NCBI GenBank assembly: GCA_031286065.1
Contig: JAITUZ010000040.1
Location: 3,262-67,261, forward strand
Reading direction: 5' to 3'
Source of the DNA: Candidatus Methanimicrococcus odontotermitis
GTDB taxonomy: Archaea > Halobacteriota > Methanosarcinia > Methanosarcinales > Methanosarcinaceae
Length of the DNA stretch: 64,000 bases
The notes beneath the pieces were generated by a model. That model had not been told where the DNA came from and did no database searches. It saw nothing but the letters and a program-made list of their open reading frames with translations. Below, piece by piece: positions 9,108 through 18,738 of the stretch; position 1 is the first letter of the stretch; each line of letters opens with the position of its first letter. A program made the translations under genes and the position numbers.

Positions 9108-10229
9108 TTAATTACGAACCACCTTGCTTCTGATTTTTCCGCATACTTTTATATCTTTTTCCGGAATCTGCTCTTTTAAAATTATATATTCTTTAATTGG
9201 ATCCTTGTCTTCCAAAATTTCTTTTAAGTATTCATTTTCAGTATTTTTTTGCAGTGAATTATAGATCCGTCTAATTCTATTGGGTTCTAAATTTGGGTTA
9301 ATATTTACAGAAATCGCTTCTTTTAACAACGTTTCATTGTTAATTCTCTGATATCCATATGTTTCTTCATTGAAAATTTTGTATGTTTTTTCACTTTGGT
9401 TTAAATCTCTCCATATCTGTGGTGACAACTTTGGAGGTATGTGATTTAAACCAAGTATATCTACACCGGCACCATGTCCTATATAATCTTTTGCAGGTGT
9501 TTCTTTGTTCCCTTTTGAAAAACGACCCTCATAAGAGTTTATGGAATATGTAAATCCTTTTCCATTTTGAAGTTTATCAATAATTATCATAGAGTTTGTT
9601 AACCAGGTATCAGCTGTTATCAAAGATGAACCATTGCAGTCAATAATGAATGAATCAATCCCCATATTTTGATACATGTCAAATATCTTATCAATATTTT
9701 TACGAGAAACTTTAAATGGAATGGTTCCAATGATTGTTTTATTTTCTTTACTTTGAGATATTCTTTCAAAAAATATGTGATTTGATTTGAGAATTAAATC
9801 AACATAATGAGTTTCCCTTTTCATTTTTTCTTCAGCACTCATCTTCTTCTCATCTTTTACAGAAGGTAATGTCCATAACGGTGTAGTAATAACATCGCAT
9901 TTTAGAGCCAAATCTGCCAATAACTCAATGTGTTTTTCCTGTGGAATCTGATCATCAACATATTTGAAGAATGGAAAGTTGAGTCCATCAATTATTTTTT
10001 TTGAATCAATCTCTTTATTTAATCTTAGTTCTGAGTTGAAATCGGAACATAATTCTGTTAAAGTATTCAAATCAAAATTTTTATAAATTTCATTTATAGG
10101 AGAATGGTAATTTTTATCGTCACTTGCATTATACGGCGTTTTAATTGAATAATCCCCAAGTTTCAGTATACGTTCTTTATAATATAAATCATCATCAATA
10201 AATTCAGTTTTAGTTGTTATATTCGCCAT
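9108..10229 (-). CDS. uncharacterised protein, possibly a divergent TGT-like TIM barrel
   Basis: N-terminal ERILKLGDYSIKTP, DVITTP, SFIID, GVDILG resemble the TGT-family strand pattern; AT-rich; coupled to both neighbours. ORF is solid, fold is inference. Confidence 0.55.
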   Translation of the reverse strand: MANITTKTEFIDDDLYYKERILKLGDYSIKTPYNASDDKNYHSPINEIYKNFDLNTLTELCSDFNSELRLNKEIDSKKIIDGLNFPFFKYVDDQIPQEKHIELLADLALKCDVITTPLWTLPSVKDEKKMSAEEKMKRETHYVDLILKSNHIFFERISQSKENKTIIGTIPFKVSRKNIDKIFDMYQNMGIDSFIIDCNGSSLITADTWLTNSMIIIDKLQNGKGFTYSINSYEGRFSKGNKETPAKDYIGHGAGVDILGLNHIPPKLSPQIWRDLNQSEKTYKIFNEETYGYQRINNETLLKEAISVNINPNLEPNRIRRIYNSLQKNTENEYLKEILEDKDPIKEYIILKEQIPEKDIKVCGKIRSKVVRN

Positions 10230-10762
10230 TAATTCACCCCGTATTTTTGCATCAATTTTTCCTTATCTTCAGAAGTAATTACTGTTTTTACTACTAAAGA
10301 ATCAAATATTCGAGGTAACTCTCTTTCTAATCTATCCCAGATTATAGAATTCTCGATATATTCTGGATAATTAACATAAACATAAACTAATAACTCTTTG
10401 TCTGATAATTTGTCAACAAATCTTTTAGTCTTATCTACTATATCCCTAATCTCTGAAAAACTATCTTCTGATTGAATGTTAGCATATTCATCCAAACCAT
10501 CAGGTGCGAGAGAATAATATGGTGCTTTTTGGCTAGGGTCTGTTAAAACATATCCCATTATCATAAATTCTTCAATCAGAACATCTGCTACTTCACTGTA
10601 TGGACCATAATTGTATGGTTCAAAATCTAAATCTTCTTTAAATTGTGGGAATATGGTTGAAACTAAAAACAGCAATTTCTGATATTCAATTTTTGTTTTG
10701 ATCGGTTGATTGTTTGAACCAATACTGTAAATTATTAATTTTTCTTTTTCATCCAATTCCAT
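10229..10762 (-). CDS. SocA/Panacea (DUF4065)-like winged-helix protein
   Basis: KIEYQKLLFL...FEPYNYGPYS...YSLAPDG...LLVYVYVNYPEY. Confidence 0.7.
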   Translation of the reverse strand: MELDEKEKLIIYSIGSNNQPIKTKIEYQKLLFLVSTIFPQFKEDLDFEPYNYGPYSEVADVLIEEFMIMGYVLTDPSQKAPYYSLAPDGLDEYANIQSEDSFSEIRDIVDKTKRFVDKLSDKELLVYVYVNYPEYIENSIIWDRLERELPRIFDSLVVKTVITSEDKEKLMQKYGVN

Positions 10763-10969
10763 TATAAATTCCTCGTACAGTAGTATATACTACCGCCTTT
10801 TATTAAATCATTTACTGCCTTGTGAAAGTATCGATATTTTAAAAAATGCAAATTTCGGATCGGATGTTTGAGTTTTATTAAATTGAAAAAAGTTATGTAA
10901 CTTCAATTGAAAAAAGCAAAAAAGAAAGAAGAGAAACAAAAGAAACCGGAGAAACAAAAACAGAAAAGG

Positions 10970-10994
10970 ATGAAAAGATTTTAAATCTTTTCAT
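10970..10994 (-). terminator. AT-rich hairpin downstream of the dehydratase operon, at the island edge
   Basis: ATGAAAAGATTT-T-AAATCTTTTCAT followed by minus-strand T-tracts. Confidence 0.45.
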
Positions 10995-11034
10995 TTTTTT
11001 CAATCATTCATTTTTTTAATCGTTTCAATTTTTT

Positions 11035-11544
11035 TCAATCAAATTTAAACCCTTTATTTTTCTCAATATGCGCCACCAGACCGCCGTCGTTGAGAATTGT
11101 AATCATTGCGTCGGGAAGCGGCGAGAAAGTCAATTCAATGCCTTTGGTGACATCTTTAATGATGCCGCCGGCGAGGTCAACTTCAAGCTGATCGCCTTCA
11201 TCGATTTGATCGGTGTCGCAGATGAGAACCGGCAAACCGACATTGATTGCGTTTCGGTAGAAAATGCGGGCGAATGATTTTGCCAAAACCGCGCTGACGC
11301 CGGCCATTTTAATAATTGTCGGCGCATGCTCACGGGAGGAGCCGAGACCGAAATTATTTCCGGCCACGACGAAATCGCCTTTTTGGACTTTTTGAGCGAA
11401 TTCGGGGTCGGCATCTTCCAAAACGTGTTTGGCGAGTTCCGGAAGGTTCGTTCTTAAATGGAACAAACGGCCGGGAGCGATATGATCAGTGCTGATGTCA
11501 TCGCCGAATTTGAACGCTTTTCCATTGTAAACTGTTTCTGCCAT
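11035..11544 (-). CDS. isopropylmalate/homoaconitate dehydratase small subunit (LeuD/HacB family)
   Basis: GDDISTDHIAPG, NFGLGSSREHA, SFARIFYRN; HLRT loop resembles the HacB YLRT loop. Confidence 0.92.
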   Translation of the reverse strand: MAETVYNGKAFKFGDDISTDHIAPGRLFHLRTNLPELAKHVLEDADPEFAQKVQKGDFVVAGNNFGLGSSREHAPTIIKMAGVSAVLAKSFARIFYRNAINVGLPVLICDTDQIDEGDQLEVDLAGGIIKDVTKGIELTFSPLPDAMITILNDGGLVAHIEKNKGFKFD

Positions 11545-12813
11545 TTAAATCACCTCACGGGGGTCCGTAATGACGCCGGCAATCGCTGTTGCCGCGGCCG
11601 TCGCGGGAGAGCCGAGATAGATGAAGCCTTCCGTGTTGCCCATGCGGCCCTGGAAATTTCGGTTCTGAGTGGCCAGGCAGGCTTCACCATCGGCAAGCGC
11701 GCCTTCATGAACGCCGACACACGGACCGCAGCCCGGAGCCATAATAATTGCGCCGGCTTTGATAAATATTTCAATGTAGCCTTTTTGGACAGCTTCCAAA
11801 TAAATTTCTTTAGAGGCCGGAACAATGATCAGACGGGTATCGGGATGTCTGACCTGACCTTCCAAAATCTTGGCGGCGATTTCAAGATCATCGATCCTGC
11901 CGTTTGTACAGGTTCCGATGAACACCTGATCGATTTTAGTGCCCGCGATTTCACCGACTGCCGCCGTGTTGTCAACCGTGTGCGGTTTTGAAATCGTCGG
12001 TTCGAGCTTGGAAACATTGATGTCAATGACGCGTTCATACGCCGCGCCTTCATCCGCTTTGATTTCCTTGAACTTGCCGCCGCGTCCGCGTTCTTCAAGA
12101 TAAGCTTTTGTCGTTATGTCCGTTTCAAAAAGGCCTGCTTTGGCGCCGGCTTCAACCGCCATATTCGCCAATGTAAACCGCTGGGACATCGTCATTTTTT
12201 CAACCGTTTCACCGCGGAATTCAAGTGCTTTATAGGTTGCGCCGTCGGCGCCGATGAGCCCGATTAAATGAAGGATTAAATCTTTGGCGTAAACGCCCTT
12301 TGGAAATTCGCCGGTAACGTTGACAAGAAACGTTTCGGGAACGCGGAACCAAGTTTTACCGAGCGCGATGCCGACAGCCACATCAGTGGAACCCATGCCG
12401 GTGGAAAACGCGCCGAGCGCGCCTGATGTGCAGGTATGCGAATCCGCGCCGATAAGAACATCGCCCGGATTCACGTAAGATTCAACCAAACGCTGGTGGC
12501 AGACACCCTCTCCTGCTTCGGAAAGATGCGCGCCGGTCTTTTTTGAAAAAGTTCTGAGAATCGCATGCGCGTTGGACAAATCTTTTTGAGGACTGGGCGC
12601 CGCGTGGTCAATAAAAAGAACAGTGCGGTCCGGATTTGCCGCCTGAACCAAATTCATTTTTTCCAGCTGCTGAACCGCAAGCGGTCCGGTTCCATCCTGA
12701 ACGGCGGTCACATCGACATCCACAAGCGTGATGTCGCCGGCGTAAACATCTTTGCCGGCACGGCCGCTGATAATCTTTTCAGCTAATGTCTGTGGTTTTT
12801 GTGCCATAATCAA
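11545..12813 (-). CDS. isopropylmalate/homoaconitate dehydratase large subunit (LeuC/HacA family)
   Basis: GADSHTCT, FIGTCTNGR, PGCGPCVG, NRNFQGRMG. Confidence 0.93.
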   Translation of the reverse strand: MIMAQKPQTLAEKIISGRAGKDVYAGDITLVDVDVTAVQDGTGPLAVQQLEKMNLVQAANPDRTVLFIDHAAPSPQKDLSNAHAILRTFSKKTGAHLSEAGEGVCHQRLVESYVNPGDVLIGADSHTCTSGALGAFSTGMGSTDVAVGIALGKTWFRVPETFLVNVTGEFPKGVYAKDLILHLIGLIGADGATYKALEFRGETVEKMTMSQRFTLANMAVEAGAKAGLFETDITTKAYLEERGRGGKFKEIKADEGAAYERVIDINVSKLEPTISKPHTVDNTAAVGEIAGTKIDQVFIGTCTNGRIDDLEIAAKILEGQVRHPDTRLIIVPASKEIYLEAVQKGYIEIFIKAGAIIMAPGCGPCVGVHEGALADGEACLATQNRNFQGRMGNTEGFIYLGSPATAAATAIAGVITDPREVI

Positions 12814-13024
12814 TCACATTTTAAAAATAATGAACAGATAAAAAGAAAACGAGAAGCGAATAATCACTCCCGATAAGATATTTCTGTTTCGGATATGAAT
12901 TGACTTTAGATATAAAATAGTATTGGAAAAGCAAAAGAGTATTGGAAAAGCCGACCCGTTGTCCTTATTTTTTGTGTTTTTATGCTCAAAAATAAAGAAA
13001 TCCAAACCGGCATATAAAAATGAA

Positions 13025-14023
13025 TCAAAGACCATCCAATATATGTTTTTCGCGGTCTACAATCCTGTCTAAAAACGGTTCGACCTTTATGATGACATAA
13101 GTGTCCGGACCGAACCGCCGCTTCAAGGAAGACTCAATCTCTTTTTGGATTTCATCCGCTTCTTTGACAGTCAAATTCCCGTCAATCATAATATGCATAT
13201 CAATCGCTTTAGAACTGCCGAGTTTGCGCGTCTTCAGTGAATGCATATTCAAAACGCCGCTGCAATTCATGATAATGGACTTGATTTCATTATTGACTTC
13301 GGGACTGAGCGACGCTTCCATCAAATCATTCGTGCTGCTATAAATGATTTTGGCGGCGATATACAGAATATAAAGCGCCAAAAGAACGGCCATGATCGGA
13401 TCTAAAATCGTCCACCGATCGCCGAGCAGAATCGCGGCGCCGATACCCGCGGCAACGCCGACGGATGAAAAAGCGTCTGTTCGGTGGTGCCAGGCATTCA
13501 CTTCAATCATGTCGCTGTCCAGCCTTTTGGCAACTCTGTGCGTATACTGATACAGCAATTCTTTGGAGAAAATAGACAACAGCGCGACATAGAAAGTAAT
13601 CATTGCCGGTTTTTCAATCGGCGTTCCTTGAATGAAATCATAAATCGCCGCCGCGCTTTCAGATAAAATCAAAGCGCCTGCAACCAAAAGCATGATGCCG
13701 ACAATAACGGACGCTAAATTTTCGATTTTTTTGTGACCGAAATTATGACTGTCATCTTCCGGCCGGGAGGAAATGCGTATACTGAAAATAACGACAAAAT
13801 CACTTAAAAGATCCGAGAGGGAGTGAGCGCCGTCGGCAATTAAAGCGGCGCTGTTGCCGATAACGCCTGTGACAATCTTGATGACGGTCAGTAAAATGTT
13901 TATGACCATTCCGATGATCGTGACGCGTAAGCCTTCTTTTGACTTGTGTTCGGCGTGCTGAAACGGCGTGAGCGGATCTTCCAAACCGATTGTTACAGCT
14001 TCCCGATTTTCTTTTTCTGTCAA
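13025..14023 (-). CDS. cation diffusion facilitator (FieF-like) transporter
   Basis: ADGAHSLSD, HNFGHKKIE, WHHRTDA; multiple TM segments. Confidence 0.92.
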   Translation of the reverse strand: MTEKENREAVTIGLEDPLTPFQHAEHKSKEGLRVTIIGMVINILLTVIKIVTGVIGNSAALIADGAHSLSDLLSDFVVIFSIRISSRPEDDSHNFGHKKIENLASVIVGIMLLVAGALILSESAAAIYDFIQGTPIEKPAMITFYVALLSIFSKELLYQYTHRVAKRLDSDMIEVNAWHHRTDAFSSVGVAAGIGAAILLGDRWTILDPIMAVLLALYILYIAAKIIYSSTNDLMEASLSPEVNNEIKSIIMNCSGVLNMHSLKTRKLGSSKAIDMHIMIDGNLTVKEADEIQKEIESSLKRRFGPDTYVIIKVEPFLDRIVDREKHILDGL

Positions 14024-14153
14024 ATCTAATTCCCCGCAAAGATTTTCCCGTAAACGGCAAATGCCTTAATAAATAAAATGGGATTGATAGTATTTAAAAA
14101 ACAAACAAAAGGATTTTAACGCCTGTCAACTCTTTTGAATATCATCAATACTT

Positions 14154-14735
14154 TTGAATAAAATGAATGATTTTAACCGTGCCGAAAAAGTGATAAAAAT
14201 GAGATTGTTTGTTGCCGCTCACTTTCCGGAAGCTGCGAATCTTCGATTTTTGGAGTTTGTGGACGTGCTGCAGAAAAACGCGAAAGGAAGTTTTACAAAA
14301 CCTCAAAATCTTCATATGACCGTGATATTCATAGGAGATATAAAACCGGCCGCCGCCGAAAAAATAAAAGAAATAATGAAAAAAACGATTCAGAATGCGC
14401 CGGTTAATATGAAATTTACAGGAGCCGGACAATTTAAATCAGGTCACCGAAAAGACGAAGCGTTGATTTGGGTCGGCGGGGAATCAGCCGAACTCTCGGA
14501 AATTCACAGGCATCTTTTCGCCGCTCTTCAAAATGCCGGCATTGAAACAGACCGGAAAAAATTCGTTCCCCACGTGACTTTGGGCCGGCGCATTCTGTTT
14601 AAAAAAGAAAAGGACGCGTGTTTAAAATCAATGGATGCCGCTTTTGAAACATCGGTTTCCCGCATCAGTTTAATGGAAAGCGAACTGACGCCGGAAGGAC
14701 CTGTATATAAAGAACTTTTTTTGATAGATCTGTGA
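14154..14735 (+). CDS. thpR: RNA 2',3'-cyclic phosphodiesterase (2H family)
   Basis: MRLFVA, HMT and HVTL 2H motifs, GPVY; true start may be the internal MRLF. Confidence 0.9.
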   Translation: MNKMNDFNRAEKVIKMRLFVAAHFPEAANLRFLEFVDVLQKNAKGSFTKPQNLHMTVIFIGDIKPAAAEKIKEIMKKTIQNAPVNMKFTGAGQFKSGHRKDEALIWVGGESAELSEIHRHLFAALQNAGIETDRKKFVPHVTLGRRILFKKEKDACLKSMDAAFETSVSRISLMESELTPEGPVYKELFLIDL

Positions 14736-14805
14736 CAAAAAACAGGCTACTGCCACTTTTTTAGTTGACTTCGCCGCACCCGCTGAAAGTAAAAAAAGGA
14801 TAAAA

Positions 14806-14888
14806 GAAAACACGGAAGAAAACAAAAGCGGAAAAAACAAAAAACGGAAGAAAACAAAAAACGGAAGAAAACAAAAGCGGAAGAAAAA
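14806..14888. repeat. A-rich degenerate tandem repeat (~16-17 bp) between convergent genes
   Basis: Repeated CGGAAGAAAACAAAA units. Confidence 0.7.
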
Positions 14889-14905
14889 TGAAAAATGTGA
14901 TTGTG

Positions 14906-17536
14906 TTATTTCACAATCACGATAACGGCTTCTCCGACGTGAAGAATGTCGATTTCACGGCCGCCGGAAACAAGTTCTTTTTTAATGTCGATTGAATCAG
15001 CGCCGAGCTCGATCTGTTCGCCGCCGGCGGTTACAATGATTTTTCCGGCCGCTTTCATTTCTTCGGCTTCTTTCAGAGGCAGGGCTTTCAGCGCGCTGAT
15101 AACGGCGCCGGCTTTGTCTCGGAACATTGGGCCGAGCATACCCATATTGGGTTTGACTTCAACCGGGACGGATTCAAACTCAGGAACGCCTTCAATAAGA
15201 TCTGTCGGAGAGGTCACCGTGTTTGAAATATCGGCGGCGTCAACAACGGCGTTATAGATTTCAATCTTTTTAAGCGGCGCGTTGAGCGCTATTTTACAGT
15301 CGGATTTGTAACACCGAATCGCGCTTGTGATGCATGTGATAAGCTCTCCTTTTTCTTCCGCGTCAGCCGGAAGACCGACGATTTTCACCGGCCAGCTTTG
15401 AGAGTGAACGCTGCCCTCGCCGAGTCGGGAATACATTTCTTCAGCAAGGAACGGCGTAAACGGCGCCGTCAGTTTGGAAAGCGTTAAAACCGCCGTAAAA
15501 AGCGTAAAGCGGGCAGCGGTTTTGCCGCCGGTGTCGCTGCCGTACAAACGGCCTTTGACAAGCTCAATATAACTGTCCGCCAAAACATCCCACGAAAAAA
15601 CGCGGATCGCTTTGAACGCGTCATCGAACTTGCAGACATCCATCGCGCCGGTAACATCATCGATCAACCCGTTAAGCTTGGAGAGAAGCCAGTAATCAAT
15701 TTGCTTCAGTTCGGAAAGATCATAAGAAGCGGCCGCCTCAGCGCAGAAATCATCCATATTGGACATGGAGAAGCGGTAAATGTTCCACAATTTCTGAATC
15801 AGCCTGGAAGCGGAAACGACATCGTTCCAGCGGAACATGACATCAGACCCCACGCTGCCGCCGAGCGCGCCCCACTGACGGAAAGCGTCGGCGCTGTGTT
15901 CGACCAAAACATCTTCGGGAGAAATGATATTTCCGAGAGACTTGCTCATCTTATGCCCGTCAGGGCCGAGAACCATCCCATTGATCATAATCGTTTCCCA
16001 AGGAATCTTGTTTTCAATCGCTTCAGCGCGGAGAATGGTGTAAAACGCCCACGTTCGGATAATGTCATGACCCTGCGGACGAAGCTGTGTCGGCAGGCGG
16101 AGTTCGTGTTCGCTGTCCCACCCGCTCACGTGAAGCGCGGTGAGAGACGAATCCATCCAAGTGTCAAAGACGTCAGTTTCGCCTCTGAAGTCGTCTGCGC
16201 CGCATTTCGGGCAAGCGATCGGCGGTTTTTCCTGCGTCGGGTCAATCGGAAGCCAAGAATCATCGGCAATAATGATTTCATTGCATTTATTGCAGTACCA
16301 AACCGGAATCGGCGTGGCGAAAATACGCTGCCTGGAAATGCACCAGTCCCACTCCATCGTGTTCGTCCAGTTTTCAAGACGGACTTTCATGTATTCGGGA
16401 ATCCACTCGATTTGGTCGGCGCCGGCGAGAATTTCATCGGGCTTGACTTTGACAAACCACTGCATTTCAGAAAGGATTTCAATGGGCGTCTTGCAGCGCC
16501 AGCAAAGACCGACGTTTTGGTCCAAATCCTGCTGCTCGTAAAGGAATCCGGCGTCGCGCAGGTCTTCAATAATTTTGGCTTTGCATTCGGGGATGCTCAC
16601 GCCTTCATATTTACCGGCGGCGGCAGTCATCTTTCCGTTTCTGCCGATGGCTTTTGTGATTTTGAGATTGTGCGTTTTTGTCCAGCGAATGTCCTGCTTG
16701 TCACCAAAAGTACAAATCATGACCGCGCCTGTACCGAATTCCGCGTCAACGTCGGCGTCGGGAATCACCGGCACTTTCTGCCCGAAAATCGGAACAATGA
16801 GTTCTTTGCCGACGAATTGACCGTACCGCGCGTCATTGGGATTCACGGCGACAGCCGCGCAGGCGCAGAGAAGTTCGGGACGGGTGGTGGCGATATGAAC
16901 TTTTTCATTTTCATTTTCCGCCAATGAGAAATTAAGGAAATTGAGTTTGGTAATATTGGAGCTGTATTCGACTTCGGCAAGCGCGATGGCTGTTTCACAG
17001 CGCGGACACCAGTTGACCGGATGCTCTTCATGATAGACATAATTTTTTTCGTGCATTTTCAAAAAAGAGCGCTGGGTTTTGACATAATAAGACGGCTCCA
17101 TCGTAATGAATTCATTGCTCCAGTCATTTGAAAAACCAAGCCGCTTCATTGTGTTTCTCATCTTTACGATGTTGCTGTGCGTCAGCTCTTCGCACATTTT
17201 CCGGAACTCGGCGCGCGGCACTTGATTCTTTGTAATATGATGCGTTTCTTCAACTTTCACTTCCGTCGGCAGCCCGTGGCAGTCCCAGCCTTGCGGGAAC
17301 ATGACATTGAATCCGCGCATGCGCTTGTAGCGGGCGACGAAGTCGATGTAGCACCAGTTGAGCGAATTGCCGATATGGAAGTTTCCTGTCGGGTACGGCG
17401 GCGGCGTATCGATAATATACTGCGGTCTTGTGCGGTCGGCCCAGTCAAAATGATACATGGATAAATCCCATTCATTCATCCATTTAATTTCGATTTCGGC
17501 GGCATTGTATTCTTTGGGAATTTCAGAGCCGGTCAT
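14906..17536 (-). CDS. valS: valine--tRNA ligase
   Basis: DTPPPYPTGNFHIGN, DWCISRQR, KMSKS; start set at MTGSEIPKEY. Confidence 0.97.
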   Translation of the reverse strand: MTGSEIPKEYNAAEIEIKWMNEWDLSMYHFDWADRTRPQYIIDTPPPYPTGNFHIGNSLNWCYIDFVARYKRMRGFNVMFPQGWDCHGLPTEVKVEETHHITKNQVPRAEFRKMCEELTHSNIVKMRNTMKRLGFSNDWSNEFITMEPSYYVKTQRSFLKMHEKNYVYHEEHPVNWCPRCETAIALAEVEYSSNITKLNFLNFSLAENENEKVHIATTRPELLCACAAVAVNPNDARYGQFVGKELIVPIFGQKVPVIPDADVDAEFGTGAVMICTFGDKQDIRWTKTHNLKITKAIGRNGKMTAAAGKYEGVSIPECKAKIIEDLRDAGFLYEQQDLDQNVGLCWRCKTPIEILSEMQWFVKVKPDEILAGADQIEWIPEYMKVRLENWTNTMEWDWCISRQRIFATPIPVWYCNKCNEIIIADDSWLPIDPTQEKPPIACPKCGADDFRGETDVFDTWMDSSLTALHVSGWDSEHELRLPTQLRPQGHDIIRTWAFYTILRAEAIENKIPWETIMINGMVLGPDGHKMSKSLGNIISPEDVLVEHSADAFRQWGALGGSVGSDVMFRWNDVVSASRLIQKLWNIYRFSMSNMDDFCAEAAASYDLSELKQIDYWLLSKLNGLIDDVTGAMDVCKFDDAFKAIRVFSWDVLADSYIELVKGRLYGSDTGGKTAARFTLFTAVLTLSKLTAPFTPFLAEEMYSRLGEGSVHSQSWPVKIVGLPADAEEKGELITCITSAIRCYKSDCKIALNAPLKKIEIYNAVVDAADISNTVTSPTDLIEGVPEFESVPVEVKPNMGMLGPMFRDKAGAVISALKALPLKEAEEMKAAGKIIVTAGGEQIELGADSIDIKKELVSGGREIDILHVGEAVIVIVK

Positions 17537-17664
17537 AAAAATAAATCTCCTGTTTCTAAGGTTAAAAATGTAAATTGATTTTAAGAAGTTCAAGATTAAG
17601 AAATAGGAATGTAAACATTATTGGGTTATAAAAAGGTTTTATTTGAGAATATAGTGTTCAATAA

Positions 17665-18420
17665 TTATGCAGGTCGAAACTTTCCTTCAGGAAAACCATT
17701 TATTTCATTAACAATAACGTAAGATGTCAAAACCAATTCACCGTTTTGGATACTGCCGCGAGCAATAGTCCCGTTCTCATCAGACCAGCTATCCATTTCA
17801 ATAACATCCCGCATATACTCAGTGGTTTCAGTGTTGCCATACATAACTAATGTATGATTATTTTCAATTCTCCATTTACCGCCATAATACAAATAAGGAG
17901 ATAACGGAGAATAATATCCATAACTACTGTCAAAAATAATGACACAGCCAGTTGTATCATCAATCCATCTGCCGACAATGATTTCATCATTAATTGTTTG
18001 TCTTTCAACAACAATAAGGGATTTATTCACTTCAATGAGACTTCCGCCTTCATTCACACTAAAAAAACTCGAATAATTATTACTTACATGAACAGCAAGC
18101 AGAACTGCTGACATCAGAAATATCAGTAAGATCGAAGTGTAAAGAATCGTTTTTTTATTTTGATTAAATGTTTTTTTCACCTCATTGCTTCGTTTATTTT
18201 TAAAATAATCAAGAGCTTCACTCCACATATAATAATCAATGGCTTTATAATTATCAATAACCAGAGATGTTTCTTTTGTATTATATGAAATAATGCAGCT
18301 TTTCATATTCCTCAATTTTCGGTTGTAAAAATCTTTTAAAGGAATTGTCGCAGGATATGTATAAACCTCAATTTTTTTAGATTTTGGGTCATAAACAAGA
18401 TATTCACATTCCATATACAA
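17665..18420 (-). CDS. AT-rich hypothetical membrane-anchored protein
   Basis: One central TM segment, beta-rich C-terminus (IVGRW, GGKW). Confidence 0.6.
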   Translation of the reverse strand: MYMECEYLVYDPKSKKIEVYTYPATIPLKDFYNRKLRNMKSCIISYNTKETSLVIDNYKAIDYYMWSEALDYFKNKRSNEVKKTFNQNKKTILYTSILLIFLMSAVLLAVHVSNNYSSFFSVNEGGSLIEVNKSLIVVERQTINDEIIVGRWIDDTTGCVIIFDSSYGYYSPLSPYLYYGGKWRIENNHTLVMYGNTETTEYMRDVIEMDSWSDENGTIARGSIQNGELVLTSYVIVNEINGFPEGKFRPA

Positions 18421-18472
18421 TCACATATTTGATAGAGATTTAAAAAGATAAAAACTTGAAAAAACAAAAAAC

Positions 18473-18622
18473 TCAAATCCGCGTCAATACGATTTTTTCC
18501 GACAGCGTTTTTGACAGATGATGATCTTCTCCGCAACGGCCGCATTTGATCAAATCGCCGACCTCTTTGTCGATGATGTAGATCCAGTTTCCGCATTTTC
18601 GGCATTTTCGGACAAGATTCAT
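18473..18622 (-). CDS. 49-aa zinc-ribbon microprotein (not in the ORF track)
   Basis: MNLVRKCRKCGNWIYIIDKEVGDLIKCGRCGEDHHLSKTLSEKIVLTRI; two CxxCG knuckles. Confidence 0.7.
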   Translation of the reverse strand: MNLVRKCRKCGNWIYIIDKEVGDLIKCGRCGEDHHLSKTLSEKIVLTRI

Positions 18623-18738
18623 GAAAATCACATTCTTTTTAAGAATAAAAACAATCCGTTATTTTGCATTGCCGAATTCTTCGTTTATCTTTGACCTGTT
18701 CAAAAATAAAGGGAAACGGACGAAAAATAAATGTGAAA

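Noticed and set aside
15701-16927. 408-aa plus-strand ORF
   Set aside because: Antisense shadow of valS; the same applies to shadows over UPF0210, leuC-like, top6, proS and others
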